Source: a virus (taxonomy: Duplodnaviria; Caudoviricetes). From it: a stretch of 58,747 bases of DNA. Positions 6,774 through 15,206 of the stretch are shown here, piece after piece; the stretch's first letter is position 1, and each line of letters starts with the position of its first letter. The notes under the pieces are model-generated. The model did no database searches. It saw only the letters and a list, made by a program, of their open reading frames with translations, and was not told the origin of the DNA. The stretch lies in the IMG/VR virus record IMGVR_UViG_3300033148_009015, positions 1-58,747 of that record; one strand, written 5' to 3'. The translations under genes and the position numbers were made by a program.

Positions 6774-8688
6774 TGCGCACCTCCTGTCTGATGGTTAGTG
6801 TTTTCAGTCCCGCGACTGCGCGCAAGCCTATCACCTGCGAATCGGTGCGCGGCCGCGCAGTCAGGCTCTCGTAGTGGTCGATGAACAGTGGCGCCCGTCG
6901 CCCGTAGTGCGCGGCGAGCGTATTGATGATGTCGATTCCGGCGACAATCTGCTGGCCGTGCGACAGGTCCGGGTACGGCACGCCGTCGAGCATCGCCTCG
7001 CACGTCGGCTCGATGCCGCCGTTGAGCAGGCGGTTGAACAGCCGGAACGTTACGCGGTCGAACTTCGCGTTCACGGCCCGCTCGACGCGCTGCGCCTCGG
7101 CCTGGCGAAGCCGCCCGAGCTCGGCCAGCAGTCCGTCCACTTCGGTCACCTGCCGCGCGAGCTCCCGTTCGCGGGCCTCGAGCTCGCCTATGCGCCGCCG
7201 GTCGCGCTCGGCTCTGTCCCTCTGCGCGAGGGCCCGGTTCAGCTCGTCCAGCTCCGCCCTTGCCCGGCCGAGGCAATCCTCGATTTGCCGCAGCTGCTCG
7301 GTCACGGGCGCGCCGAGCTCCCTCTCGCGCACCTCGATGGCGCGGGTCAAGTCCTGCCAGCTCGCGTCCTTCGACGGGTCCGGCGTCGGCCGGGCGCGGA
7401 TGGCCTGTTCTATCTCGGCCAGCCGGACGGCGGCGGCCTTGCCGAGCACGTCCGCCTCGCGGGCTGCGGCGGCGGCTCGCTCCCGCGCGGTGCGCAAGTC
7501 CTTGTTGCCGGCGTCGACCTCGGCCTGGAGCCGCTCGACCTCGGCGCGGCACCGCTCGGCCTGCTCGACGGCCTGGACCTTCTCGGCCTGGGCCTTCTCG
7601 GTCTGGGCCTTCAGACGGCTGGCCGGCCACTTGCGTCCGCAGGTCGGGCATCTCTCACTGGCCGGCTCGTCCAACTCCTTTACCCGGCACCTGGCGTCGT
7701 CCAGGGCGCGCCGGGCCTCTGCCAGGGCGTATCTGCGTTCGTTGAGCACCGCCTCCATTTCCAGCGCGGCCCTGTCGGCCTCGGCATGCTCGGCCTTCTT
7801 CTGCGCCAGCTGCTCGTGCAGCCGCGCCTGCTCGTCCAGGAGCTCCTGGCAGGCGCCCATGTCGGCGCGCAGCTCGCTCTCGCGCTGCGTCCGCCGTGCC
7901 CGCAGGTCGTTGAGCTCGTCGATTCGTGCCTGCCGCTGCTGCTCCTGTTCAAGGAGCGCCCTCCGGCGCTGCTCAAGCTCGGCCATCGTCTTACGAACGG
8001 CCTCGCGGCCCTTCTCGGCCTGCGGTTCGTCCATGGGCTCGGCAGGCAGGCCGCGCAGCAGCTCGTCGATTCGCGGGTTGATTTCTCTTCGCTCGTCGTC
8101 CAGGCGCTTGCGCTCGGCGCGGAGCATCCTCTCGTAGTCGTCGGCGGACCTGCCAGCCATCTTCACCAGCAGCGCATCGAAGCCGGGCGGCGGCCCGACC
8201 GCCCCGGCCAGCTCCAGCAGCACCTTGCGCCGGTCCGTCCAGTGCAGCGCGCAGAACGCGCGGACATCGCTGAGTAGCCGGAAGGTGTCCCCGCCGAGAA
8301 GCCCGGCGACGAACCGGTCGTATTCGCCCTTTCTGCGCGGCACGTCGTCCACCCAGCAGAGGGTCTCATAGCCGCGCAGCTGGCCCTTGACGGTTCGCTC
8401 GCGCTGCTCCTTGCGGAGCGTCACCGGCGGGCCGTCGTCCGGTTCGATGTTGGCCTCGACGCGCACCACGGCGCCCTTGACCGGCTCGCCGCTTGTGTCC
8501 AACGGCCGGACGTGGAAATCCGCCCGGCCGCCGCTGTTGCGGTCGAACAGCAGCCACAGCCACCCGTCGTAGACGCTGGTCTTGCCGATGCCGTTGGCCG
8601 CCTCGATGACGGCATTGCGCCCATCCAGCTCGAGCGCGAAAGACTTGATGCCCTTGAAGTTCTCCAGGGCGATTCGCTTGATTTTCAT
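6703..8688 (-). CDS. SMC/Rad50-like coiled-coil ATPase
   Basis: LENFKG, ANGIGKTS Walker A, long coiled coil with CPTC hook, LSHGQ signature, PLFID Walker B. Confidence 0.88.
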   Translation of the reverse strand: MKIKRIALENFKGIKSFALELDGRNAVIEAANGIGKTSVYDGWLWLLFDRNSGGRADFHVRPLDTSGEPVKGAVVRVEANIEPDDGPPVTLRKEQRERTVKGQLRGYETLCWVDDVPRRKGEYDRFVAGLLGGDTFRLLSDVRAFCALHWTDRRKVLLELAGAVGPPPGFDALLVKMAGRSADDYERMLRAERKRLDDERREINPRIDELLRGLPAEPMDEPQAEKGREAVRKTMAELEQRRRALLEQEQQRQARIDELNDLRARRTQRESELRADMGACQELLDEQARLHEQLAQKKAEHAEADRAALEMEAVLNERRYALAEARRALDDARCRVKELDEPASERCPTCGRKWPASRLKAQTEKAQAEKVQAVEQAERCRAEVERLQAEVDAGNKDLRTARERAAAAAREADVLGKAAAVRLAEIEQAIRARPTPDPSKDASWQDLTRAIEVRERELGAPVTEQLRQIEDCLGRARAELDELNRALAQRDRAERDRRRIGELEARERELARQVTEVDGLLAELGRLRQAEAQRVERAVNAKFDRVTFRLFNRLLNGGIEPTCEAMLDGVPYPDLSHGQQIVAGIDIINTLAAHYGRRAPLFIDHYESLTARPRTDSQVIGLRAVAGLKTLTIRQEVRNGEDGIDDNQEGAAERQGGAAVR

Positions 8689-8776
8689 TGCAGGCTCCTT
8701 TCCTGTATTCCGGGCACGCAAGCGGATTGCTCGGCGGCTATTATATCCATCCTGACCGTACCGGCTGCACCGCGGC

Positions 8777-8950
8777 TCAGCGAATCCGGCCGCGGTCCAC
8801 TGCGGCCTTCATCATCGCCCGCACCGCCGTGGCGTAGGTCGGAAGGCTCTCTCTCTCCATTACCCGCCGGAACTCCGCCCAGAGGCTCTTGTGGGCCCGC
8901 ACGGCAATGCTGTGTACTTCCTGGTTCTTATTTGGTTTCTTCGTCGTCAT
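8777..8950 (-). CDS. Ribbon-helix-helix-like small DNA-binding protein
   Basis: HSIAVRAHKSLWAEFRRVMERE...YATAVRAMM strand-helix-helix pattern. Confidence 0.55.
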   Translation of the reverse strand: MTTKKPNKNQEVHSIAVRAHKSLWAEFRRVMERESLPTYATAVRAMMKAAVDRGRIR

Positions 8951-8997
8951 GGACTGTGATGCTACCATATCGCTGGCTCCCAAAGAAAGGAAAAAAT

Positions 8998-9219
8998 CTA
9001 TTTTTTTCGCGTCTTTTTTCGGCGCTCCGCCTCCACGTGGGCGCGGACTGCCATCGCGAAGCACGTCTCGGTCGTCAGGCAGTATTCCTTGCGGCAGCCC
9101 TGCGCCCGCAGGGCGATGACGTTCGGCGGCCGCAGCGTCACGACAATGCGCCGCGCACGGCCGGCCTCGTACACCTCGCCGGCTGATACGCGACTAACCG
9201 GCCTCTTCAACTCAGTCAT
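8998..9219 (-). CDS. Hypothetical protein
   Basis: 73 aa ORF, RBS AAAGGAG, overlaps upstream stop. Confidence 0.7.
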   Translation of the reverse strand: MTELKRPVSRVSAGEVYEAGRARRIVVTLRPPNVIALRAQGCRKEYCLTTETCFAMAVRAHVEAERRKKTRKK

Positions 9220-9974
9220 TGTCTGCTCCTTTCTGCGACAACCGCTTCTGAGATTGCCCGCCCCAGAGGCCCTTCTTGCCGGCGCCGTGCCAGCGTAGTC
9301 ACTCGGATTCCGTCGCGGCAGCGCGATTCGTGCAACCAGGCATGGGCGGCCTCAGGATCAGCCATCTGCCTGGCGCGCTGGACTTCCGGCAGCGTCTTCC
9401 GGTCGCCGAACAGCCAGGCGGTCAGCTGGCGGTAGTATCTGCCGCAAAGGCGGTAGTTCATCACGGAAATTGAGGGGTCGGCCACAGCCAGCCACAGCCA
9501 CGGGCGCCTACGCCAGTCGATGACGGCGTAGCGAGTGATGAGCTCGGGCGGGATTCGCCCACGAAAGCAGCAGTTGCCCATCGCCTTCAGGCTCGCGGCC
9601 CATAGCGGCCGCCAACGGTCGGGGTCGGCGCTATCGTCCGTGAGTACCTCGCGGATAAAGTCCTCGTCGGGATATAGCCTGGTGCGGTCGAGTTCGCGCG
9701 CATCGATTTCCAGAATGGCGCCGATCGTATCGTCCATATTCTCGCACGCGGCCACGGCGAAGTAGGGCGCGTATGCCGTGCTCAAATAAATCATATCCGG
9801 GTGGCTTGGCAGCTTCGCCCAATTGCCCTGCCCGTGACCGCGCGGCCGGATTCCATCCTGTTCAATTCCTGGGATGTTTATTGCGGCCGTTCCATGATAG
9901 AGATACCGCGGCCTCGTCCGCCGCGCGAGCTCGCCGAGGGCCTTCAGCGTTCTCTCGTCGATGGTCATTTCCAT
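9216..9974 (-). CDS. ADP-ribosyltransferase-fold protein (Tpt1/PARP-like HYx clade)
   Basis: YLYHGT...I...GIRP...IYLST..A.YFA...AILEID motifs; RBS AAAAGGAG. Confidence 0.7.
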   Translation of the reverse strand: MEMTIDERTLKALGELARRTRPRYLYHGTAAINIPGIEQDGIRPRGHGQGNWAKLPSHPDMIYLSTAYAPYFAVAACENMDDTIGAILEIDARELDRTRLYPDEDFIREVLTDDSADPDRWRPLWAASLKAMGNCCFRGRIPPELITRYAVIDWRRRPWLWLAVADPSISVMNYRLCGRYYRQLTAWLFGDRKTLPEVQRARQMADPEAAHAWLHESRCRDGIRVTTLARRRQEGPLGRAISEAVVAERSRQ

Positions 9975-10053
9975 CAGTCTCCTTTTGCGCCCTTTCTCTG
10001 AAGGGGCCCGGCCGGGCGAAAGGGCAACAAACTCCCGACCAGGCCCACTACGC

Positions 10054-11262
10054 TCAATATCTGATGACCTCGCCGAACGGCGGTGGCCCGGCACACGAGT
10101 CCCTGTTCACGACCCAGAGCACCGGATAGTCCGGGGGCCGCTCAGGGAACCGCCCATGCAGGTCGGTCAGGTATATCAGGCAGGCCGGCTCGAGTCCGTG
10201 CTCATCCACATGGTCGAACACCGGGCGGAAGTCCGTGCCCCCGCCGCCTATCGGCTCGAGCCGCAACGGCAGGTCCGCCCGCGTGAGCTCCTCGACCTTG
10301 CGGACGGCCGTGTCGCAGTGCAGCACGGTGGCCGTCGTATCGAACGAGCCGAGAATGTCACTTATCGCCCCGGCGAACTCCTGCATCTGTCGGTCGCTGA
10401 TGCTGCCGGACGTATCGTTGGCCACGACGACCTGCGGCAGCTCGTCGCTCACCAAACTCGGTAGGACCACGCCGCGACCGAACCACTTGCGGTTCGGCCG
10501 CATCCAGTCATAGTCATTCCGGGCCGTCCGCGTGACGAAGTCCCGCAGCAACGTCTGCCACGGGACCGGCGGGCTCACGAGCTCGTCAACCAGCCGCTTC
10601 AGTCCGCCGGGCAGCGAGCCGCGGCTCATCCGCGCCGCCTGGACGACCGCCGCCTTCCATTCGGCTTCGGCCTGCTCGGCGTCGCCGGTGCAGTCCATCA
10701 CGCCGCCACAGCCGCCGGGGTCCGACGGACTGGGCTTGTCCGCGCCGCCGCCCCCGCCCTTGTCCCCGTCGGTCGGCTGTTCGCCCGAATCGCCCTGGCC
10801 CGCGCCGCCTTCGCCGAGTCCGTCTGCGCCGGACTCATCGCCCTGCTGCCGCAGCACGTCGTAGATTTCCTCGGCGCCGAGGCCCTTGAACCGGTCGTCC
10901 ACCAGGTGGTTCGCCGGCAGCCGGAATCCAGCCTCCAGGAGAATCGGGTTAATCGCGTAGTCCGTCGCGACGTTCCACAGCTCGGGGTCGCGGTCACCGC
11001 GCCGGAACTGGTGGCCGTTCGCCGCGTGCAGCACCTCATGGGCCAGCACGCCGACGCGCTCGTCGTGCGTGAGCCGCTCGACGAACTCCGGGCTGAACAC
11101 GAGCCGCTCGCCGTCGGTGGCCATCGTCTCGATACCGGCGCCTTGGGCCTGCTCCAGCTTGAGCCGTAGCGCCAGGGCGCCCCAGAAGGGCGCCGCGTCC
11201 AGTATGAGCGACCTGCGGGCCCGCACCAACAGGTCGCGTGCGTTCCTCGTAGTGATGCTCAT
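10054..11262 (-). CDS. VWA-domain metallopeptidase (DUF2201-like)
   Basis: TMATDG, HEVLH zinc motif, DTSGS MIDAS, GGGGTDF, YLTD. Confidence 0.9.
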   Translation of the reverse strand: MSITTRNARDLLVRARRSLILDAAPFWGALALRLKLEQAQGAGIETMATDGERLVFSPEFVERLTHDERVGVLAHEVLHAANGHQFRRGDRDPELWNVATDYAINPILLEAGFRLPANHLVDDRFKGLGAEEIYDVLRQQGDESGADGLGEGGAGQGDSGEQPTDGDKGGGGGADKPSPSDPGGCGGVMDCTGDAEQAEAEWKAAVVQAARMSRGSLPGGLKRLVDELVSPPVPWQTLLRDFVTRTARNDYDWMRPNRKWFGRGVVLPSLVSDELPQVVVANDTSGSISDRQMQEFAGAISDILGSFDTTATVLHCDTAVRKVEELTRADLPLRLEPIGGGGTDFRPVFDHVDEHGLEPACLIYLTDLHGRFPERPPDYPVLWVVNRDSCAGPPPFGEVIRY

Positions 11263-11276
11263 CGTGTGCTCCTTTC

Positions 11277-12263
11277 TCAGCCCAGCAGGGCTGTCTTGTG
11301 CTTCGCGGCCCACTCGACGAAGGCCGCGGTCTCGGCCAGCTCCGCCTTGCGCCGCAGCGCGTCCCGCACGAGCAGGATTGCGAAGTCGCCGTCCAGCCGG
11401 TCCGCGTACTGGAGTATCCGGCCGAAGTTCTCGGCATCGGCCCTGTCCACCAGGGCCGAGACGGTCGCCCAGATGGCGCTCGGCTCGGTCGGCACCTTCG
11501 CCTCGGTCGGGTCCATGAGGACCCGCTCGATGTTCGGCAGCTGCCGGTATGTCCGCACGAAACCGGCGAACTTCGCCGCGTAACCCTCGCCCACGCGGCC
11601 GGCGAAGTCCTCAACGTCGTCATTGCCGGCCTCCATCATCGCGCTTACCGCCGCCCAGTTGCGCGGCGACGGCGAATTCACGATGTCCGCCGTGGGCGCC
11701 GGCACGTGCAGGTCGCCCGGCTGGAAGTGGATATAGCCGATGACCTCCGGCCGGATGCCGTGGTCGAACGCCCAGACAATCCACTCGTCCGGGTCCGGCT
11801 CGAGATGATAGATGGTGAACCGGCCCTTGAGCGGCTCCAGTATGCCGCTCACGCCAGCCCGGTCCTCGCGGCGGTTGGTCGCCGCCACAAAGACGACCTC
11901 GTCGCTGAGGACATGCCCGTTTATCCGCCGGCCGAGCACCAGCTGCATGAACGCCGCCTGCACCCCAGCGGGCGCCTGGCCGAGGTCGTCGAGGAACCAG
12001 ACCGTCGGCCCCTTGGCCTCGATTGCCCGGCGCAGGTCGCCGAACGGCAGCCACGCCGCCTGCCCGTCCACGACGGCCGGCATGCCCTTGGCGTCCGTCG
12101 GGTCCGAGACCACCGGATGCGACACTATCGTATCGCATCCGAGCTCCGCCGCCGCCTGGTGGACGACGTCGGTCTTGCCGATGCCCGGAGGCCCCACGAG
12201 GAGCACGGGCATCTTCGCTTTGATGCAGTTGACCAACTTCGCCTTGAGTTTCTTCGCCTTCAT
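11277..12263 (-). CDS. MoxR-like AAA+ ATPase
   Basis: GPPGIGKT, FLDD, AATN, SPRNW; adjacent to the VWA gene. Confidence 0.9.
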   Translation of the reverse strand: MKAKKLKAKLVNCIKAKMPVLLVGPPGIGKTDVVHQAAAELGCDTIVSHPVVSDPTDAKGMPAVVDGQAAWLPFGDLRRAIEAKGPTVWFLDDLGQAPAGVQAAFMQLVLGRRINGHVLSDEVVFVAATNRREDRAGVSGILEPLKGRFTIYHLEPDPDEWIVWAFDHGIRPEVIGYIHFQPGDLHVPAPTADIVNSPSPRNWAAVSAMMEAGNDDVEDFAGRVGEGYAAKFAGFVRTYRQLPNIERVLMDPTEAKVPTEPSAIWATVSALVDRADAENFGRILQYADRLDGDFAILLVRDALRRKAELAETAAFVEWAAKHKTALLG

Positions 12264-12316
12264 CTGATTGCCCTTTCGATTTGGCCCGGCCACGCGCCGG
12301 GCGGTTGATATTGAAC

Positions 12317-12362
12317 GGCGAGGGCGGGAGTCGAACCCGCCCACGCGGCCTGTCCGCTCGCC
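12317..12362 (-). ncRNA. Mini tRNA-like element (acceptor stem + T-arm, no anticodon arm)
   Basis: Minus strand GGCGAG-CGGACAGGCCG-CGTG-GGCGGG-TTCGACT-CCCGCC-CTCGCC. Confidence 0.5.
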
Positions 12363-12385
12363 TACAGGGCCTTGTAGCCCTGGAG

Positions 12386-13141
12386 TTAGGTCTCCTTTCT
12401 GAGCTTGGCAGCCAGTGCCCGCGGGTTGCCGCAGACGAGCCGCAACAGCTCCAACATCTCCTCTCTGGTCAGTAGCGCGTCTATCTGATATATCTCGTAC
12501 ATCGGTTCGTCGTAGCCCCAGGCCCGGCGGAACTCCACGCGGTAACGGCCGCCCCCACAGGCCATGTCACCGTACTGCTTGAAGCCCGGGATGCTCCGGA
12601 TGGAGCTGATGACCTCCTGTAGGGCGGTCAGGTCCTCGTGCCTGGCGACGATCAGGGCCTGCGCCCTCTCGCGCTCGGCCTGCTTGCGCTCGAGGTATGC
12701 CCGTGCGGCGGCGACGCCCTGGGCGCACGCCTCGCTGATTAGTTCAACGGCGCGCTCATAGCTGTTCGTCGTGCGGGATTTGCCGCCCTGGGGCGCCGCC
12801 AGGCGAATGGCGAGCCGCCCTGATTGCGGCCGCCACCGGACGGTCACGACGTAGGCCTTCCTGTCGCCGTCCGTATCCGCCGGCCAATATCCGACGATGC
12901 GCATGCTGGTCTGCCCATAGTAGTTGGGCGGGAAAAACCACGCCCACGACTGGCCGTGCATATCGGCCGTCTTCCACGCCGCGTCGAACTGTTTCTTGCC
13001 GATATTGAAGTCGACACGGCAGCCCGCGAACCAGGGCTGAGGTTCGAGCATCCGCAGGAGCCGCACCAGCGGCAGCGACTCCCACTCCCGTATGCGGCAG
13101 GGACTGTCACACTGTAGTTCAGTGTTCTTCGTTCTCTTCAT
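12386..13141 (-). CDS. Hypothetical protein
   Basis: Long ORF from MKRTKNTELQ, operonic with neighbours. Confidence 0.7.
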   Translation of the reverse strand: MKRTKNTELQCDSPCRIREWESLPLVRLLRMLEPQPWFAGCRVDFNIGKKQFDAAWKTADMHGQSWAWFFPPNYYGQTSMRIVGYWPADTDGDRKAYVVTVRWRPQSGRLAIRLAAPQGGKSRTTNSYERAVELISEACAQGVAAARAYLERKQAERERAQALIVARHEDLTALQEVISSIRSIPGFKQYGDMACGGGRYRVEFRRAWGYDEPMYEIYQIDALLTREEMLELLRLVCGNPRALAAKLRKET

Positions 13142-13199
13142 TTTCTTGCCCTTTCTTGGCGGGCCAGTATCATTTCGGCGCGGCCCGCAATGCGCCACA

Positions 13200-13664
13200 T
13201 CACCAGATGCAGCCTGCCGAGCTGAGCTTGAGGCTGCGTGGCACCGTCAGCAGGCGAAAACCAGCGAACCTGAATTCGCTGATTTTCTTGCCCTCTTCCT
13301 CGCGGACGAGCCGTTCCGTGCAGCTCACCACCACGCGGAAGCCGCGCGACAGCAAGCGGCAAGTCAGCGCAAAGCAAAACGACTGCTCGCCCATCAAATG
13401 GACAACCGTCGGCGGCCACGACGGGTCGTTCGTCAACGCCGGCTCGATGGCGTTGACAATCTCGCGGAACAGTGTCTCGGCCATCGCATGGACTTGCGCG
13501 GCCGAGGCACTGGGCGGGATGTTCGGGAAGGGCAAGTTGATGACCTCGCCCTCGGCGACGATCTCATCCTCGCTCGTTCGCGCGGCGGCCAGCTCTTTGG
13601 CCGCCGCGACCTGCTGAGACGTGAGCGTGTGGTTGCTCACGTTGATGAAGATATTCGATCTCAT
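13200..13664 (-). CDS. Csx20/Csx15-like CRISPR-associated Rossmann-fold protein; putative cyclic oligoadenylate ring nuclease
   Basis: FINVSNHTLTSQQ, INLPFPNIPP, VHLMGEQSFCFAL, SCTER, KISEFRFAGFR motifs; RBS AAAGGAG. Confidence 0.7.
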   Translation of the reverse strand: MRSNIFINVSNHTLTSQQVAAAKELAAARTSEDEIVAEGEVINLPFPNIPPSASAAQVHAMAETLFREIVNAIEPALTNDPSWPPTVVHLMGEQSFCFALTCRLLSRGFRVVVSCTERLVREEEGKKISEFRFAGFRLLTVPRSLKLSSAGCIW

Positions 13665-13676
13665 TTTCAATCTCCT

Positions 13677-13976
13677 TTACTTCTTGTGCTTCCTGATCCG
13701 AATCTGGCCCAGATCGCGGGCCACACATTCCAGGCCCGGCGCGTCGCCCAATTCTTCATAGGCCCGCGCCAAGGCCTGGCGCGCAGCGACAAGACCTTGG
13801 CGCACACGAACCGAGCGCGGCTCAGCCTTGTCGCCGAGCTCCGCCAACCAGTCGCGGAGCCAGCGGCTGTCGTGCGGCATCCGCGCCTGGTATAGGGAGC
13901 CGGGCCGACGGGCTATCAGCCGCCAACACCCGTCAGCCTGCTCCCAATATAATTTTTCGGCATTCGACATTGCCAT
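13677..13976 (-). CDS. Hypothetical protein (first gene of the early leftward operon)
   Basis: 99 aa ORF, RBS AAAGGAG, just downstream of a promoter. Confidence 0.75.
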   Translation of the reverse strand: MAMSNAEKLYWEQADGCWRLIARRPGSLYQARMPHDSRWLRDWLAELGDKAEPRSVRVRQGLVAARQALARAYEELGDAPGLECVARDLGQIRIRKHKK

Positions 13977-14006
13977 TCTCCTTTCTTTCTTGTTTCATCT
14001 ATGTAT

Positions 14007-14035
14007 ATTATCGTCAGTCTGCCGCGAAAAGTCAA
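14007..14035 (-). promoter_or_regulatory. Leftward sigma70-type promoter
   Basis: TTGACT-17 nt-GATAAT on the minus strand, with an A-rich upstream element. Confidence 0.7.
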
Positions 14036-14191
14036 GCGTTTTTTTAGGATTTTGAGAAAAAAATCGTATCTACTAACATAACCCCCACGGCGGTAAGGAC
14101 TTAGGCGCGATAAAAAATTGGCGAAATGCTACGTTTTTTCGCCCGCCCGGCGCCCCCCGGAAGATTTTCCGGTGATTTTACCGAAACGCGC

Positions 14192-14220
14192 TTGGCGCGA
14201 CCGCGCGAGCGCGCCATAAT
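14192..14220 (+). promoter_or_regulatory. Rightward sigma70-type promoter
   Basis: TTGGCG-17 nt-CATAAT. Confidence 0.5.
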
Positions 14221-14226
14221 CCAAGC

Positions 14227-14330
14227 ATGAGTGGACGATGGTTAGTCAAGCAGAATCAAAGAACCGAGCCGGAAGCCCCTCGTCTTCGCAGTCCATGCGA
14301 GTCCACTCATCTTTCGGCTCGGTCTTTTTT
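14227..14330 (+). promoter_or_regulatory. Structured leader/attenuator upstream of the replication gene
   Basis: ATGAGTGGAC (14227) pairs with GTCCACTCAT (14301); ACCGAGCCGGAAG (14263) pairs with CTTTCGGCTCGGT (14311), followed by a T run. Confidence 0.6.
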
Positions 14331-14345
14331 GCTGGAGGCCATGCA

Positions 14346-15206
14346 ATGGCAGTGGGACGCATCATTCGCAAGGATATATCGGAGAGCCGCAGGGTCGCCG
14401 CGCTTAAGACCGACAGCGCCCGCCTGCTGTACACTTGGCTCATCGCGCACGCGGACGTGAACGGCAACTTCAGTGCCGACCCGCACGTCGTAAACGGTCG
14501 CGTTCTCACGCGCCTCAGCAAGACGGCTGAGGAGGTGCAGGACTACCTGGATGACCTGGAGTCAACAGGCTTGATAATGCGCTACGAGGCCGACGGGGAC
14601 ATGTATTTGCACATCAGGAAGTTCGCGGAAAAGCAGCCCTGTCTCAACCCGAAGCGCGAGGCCAAACCGCGCATTCCTCTACCTGCAACAGACGAAGGTG
14701 AGACCAACTCCAGACCAACTCCAGACAAACTCCAGACCAACTCCAGACAAACTCCAGACAAACTCCAGACCAACTCCAGACCAACTCCAGACCAACTCCA
14801 GACAAACTCCAGACCTGCGCAGGCACAAATTAAAATTAAAAGTAAAAGTAAAATTAAAACTAAAGACCCCCCCCCATATACCCCCCCCCTACACCGCGAC
14901 AAGCGCCGGCATCTTGAGCACGTATTCCTGACTGACGATGAATACGACAAACTCTGTGCCCGCTTGGGCGAAACTGCCGCCCGCGATTATATCGAGCGGC
15001 TCAACGACTACATCGGCAGCCGTGGGTGCCGATACAAGTCCCACTATCACACGATTCTGACCTGGTGGCGAAACGACAACCCCAATGGCAATCAGCGAGG
15101 CACGATTTCAGGCGCTCAACGAGCGGCTTCGGCAGCGGCAAGCGGCGGCCGCCCGCGAATCAACCAGCAGGATTTCGGCGACCTGCCCTCCGTTGCGCGA
15201 GCATAG
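14346..15206 (+). CDS. Replication initiator protein (lambda O-like architecture)
   Basis: N-terminal wHTH (ARLLYTWLIAHAD..G), internal iteron-encoded repeat, C-terminal V.LTDDEYDKL...YKSHY.TIL.W domain; RBS GGAGG. Confidence 0.85.
   Translation: MAVGRIIRKDISESRRVAALKTDSARLLYTWLIAHADVNGNFSADPHVVNGRVLTRLSKTAEEVQDYLDDLESTGLIMRYEADGDMYLHIRKFAEKQPCLNPKREAKPRIPLPATDEGETNSRPTPDKLQTNSRQTPDKLQTNSRPTPDQLQTNSRPAQAQIKIKSKSKIKTKDPPPYTPPLHRDKRRHLEHVFLTDDEYDKLCARLGETAARDYIERLNDYIGSRGCRYKSHYHTILTWWRNDNPNGNQRGTISGAQRAASAAASGGRPRINQQDFGDLPSVARA
14701..14866 (+). repeat. Replication origin: ten 11-bp iterons plus AT-rich unwinding element
   Basis: AGAC(C/A)AACTCC x10 (14701-14810), then TAAAAN-type hexamer repeats to about 14866. 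Confidence 0.85.

Noticed and set aside
12317-12362. Functional tRNA gene
   Set aside because: Only 46 nt, with no anticodon arm and no CCA end.
14701-14815. Possible CRISPR or guide array
   Set aside because: Contiguous repeats without spacers inside a replication initiator; these fit iterons.
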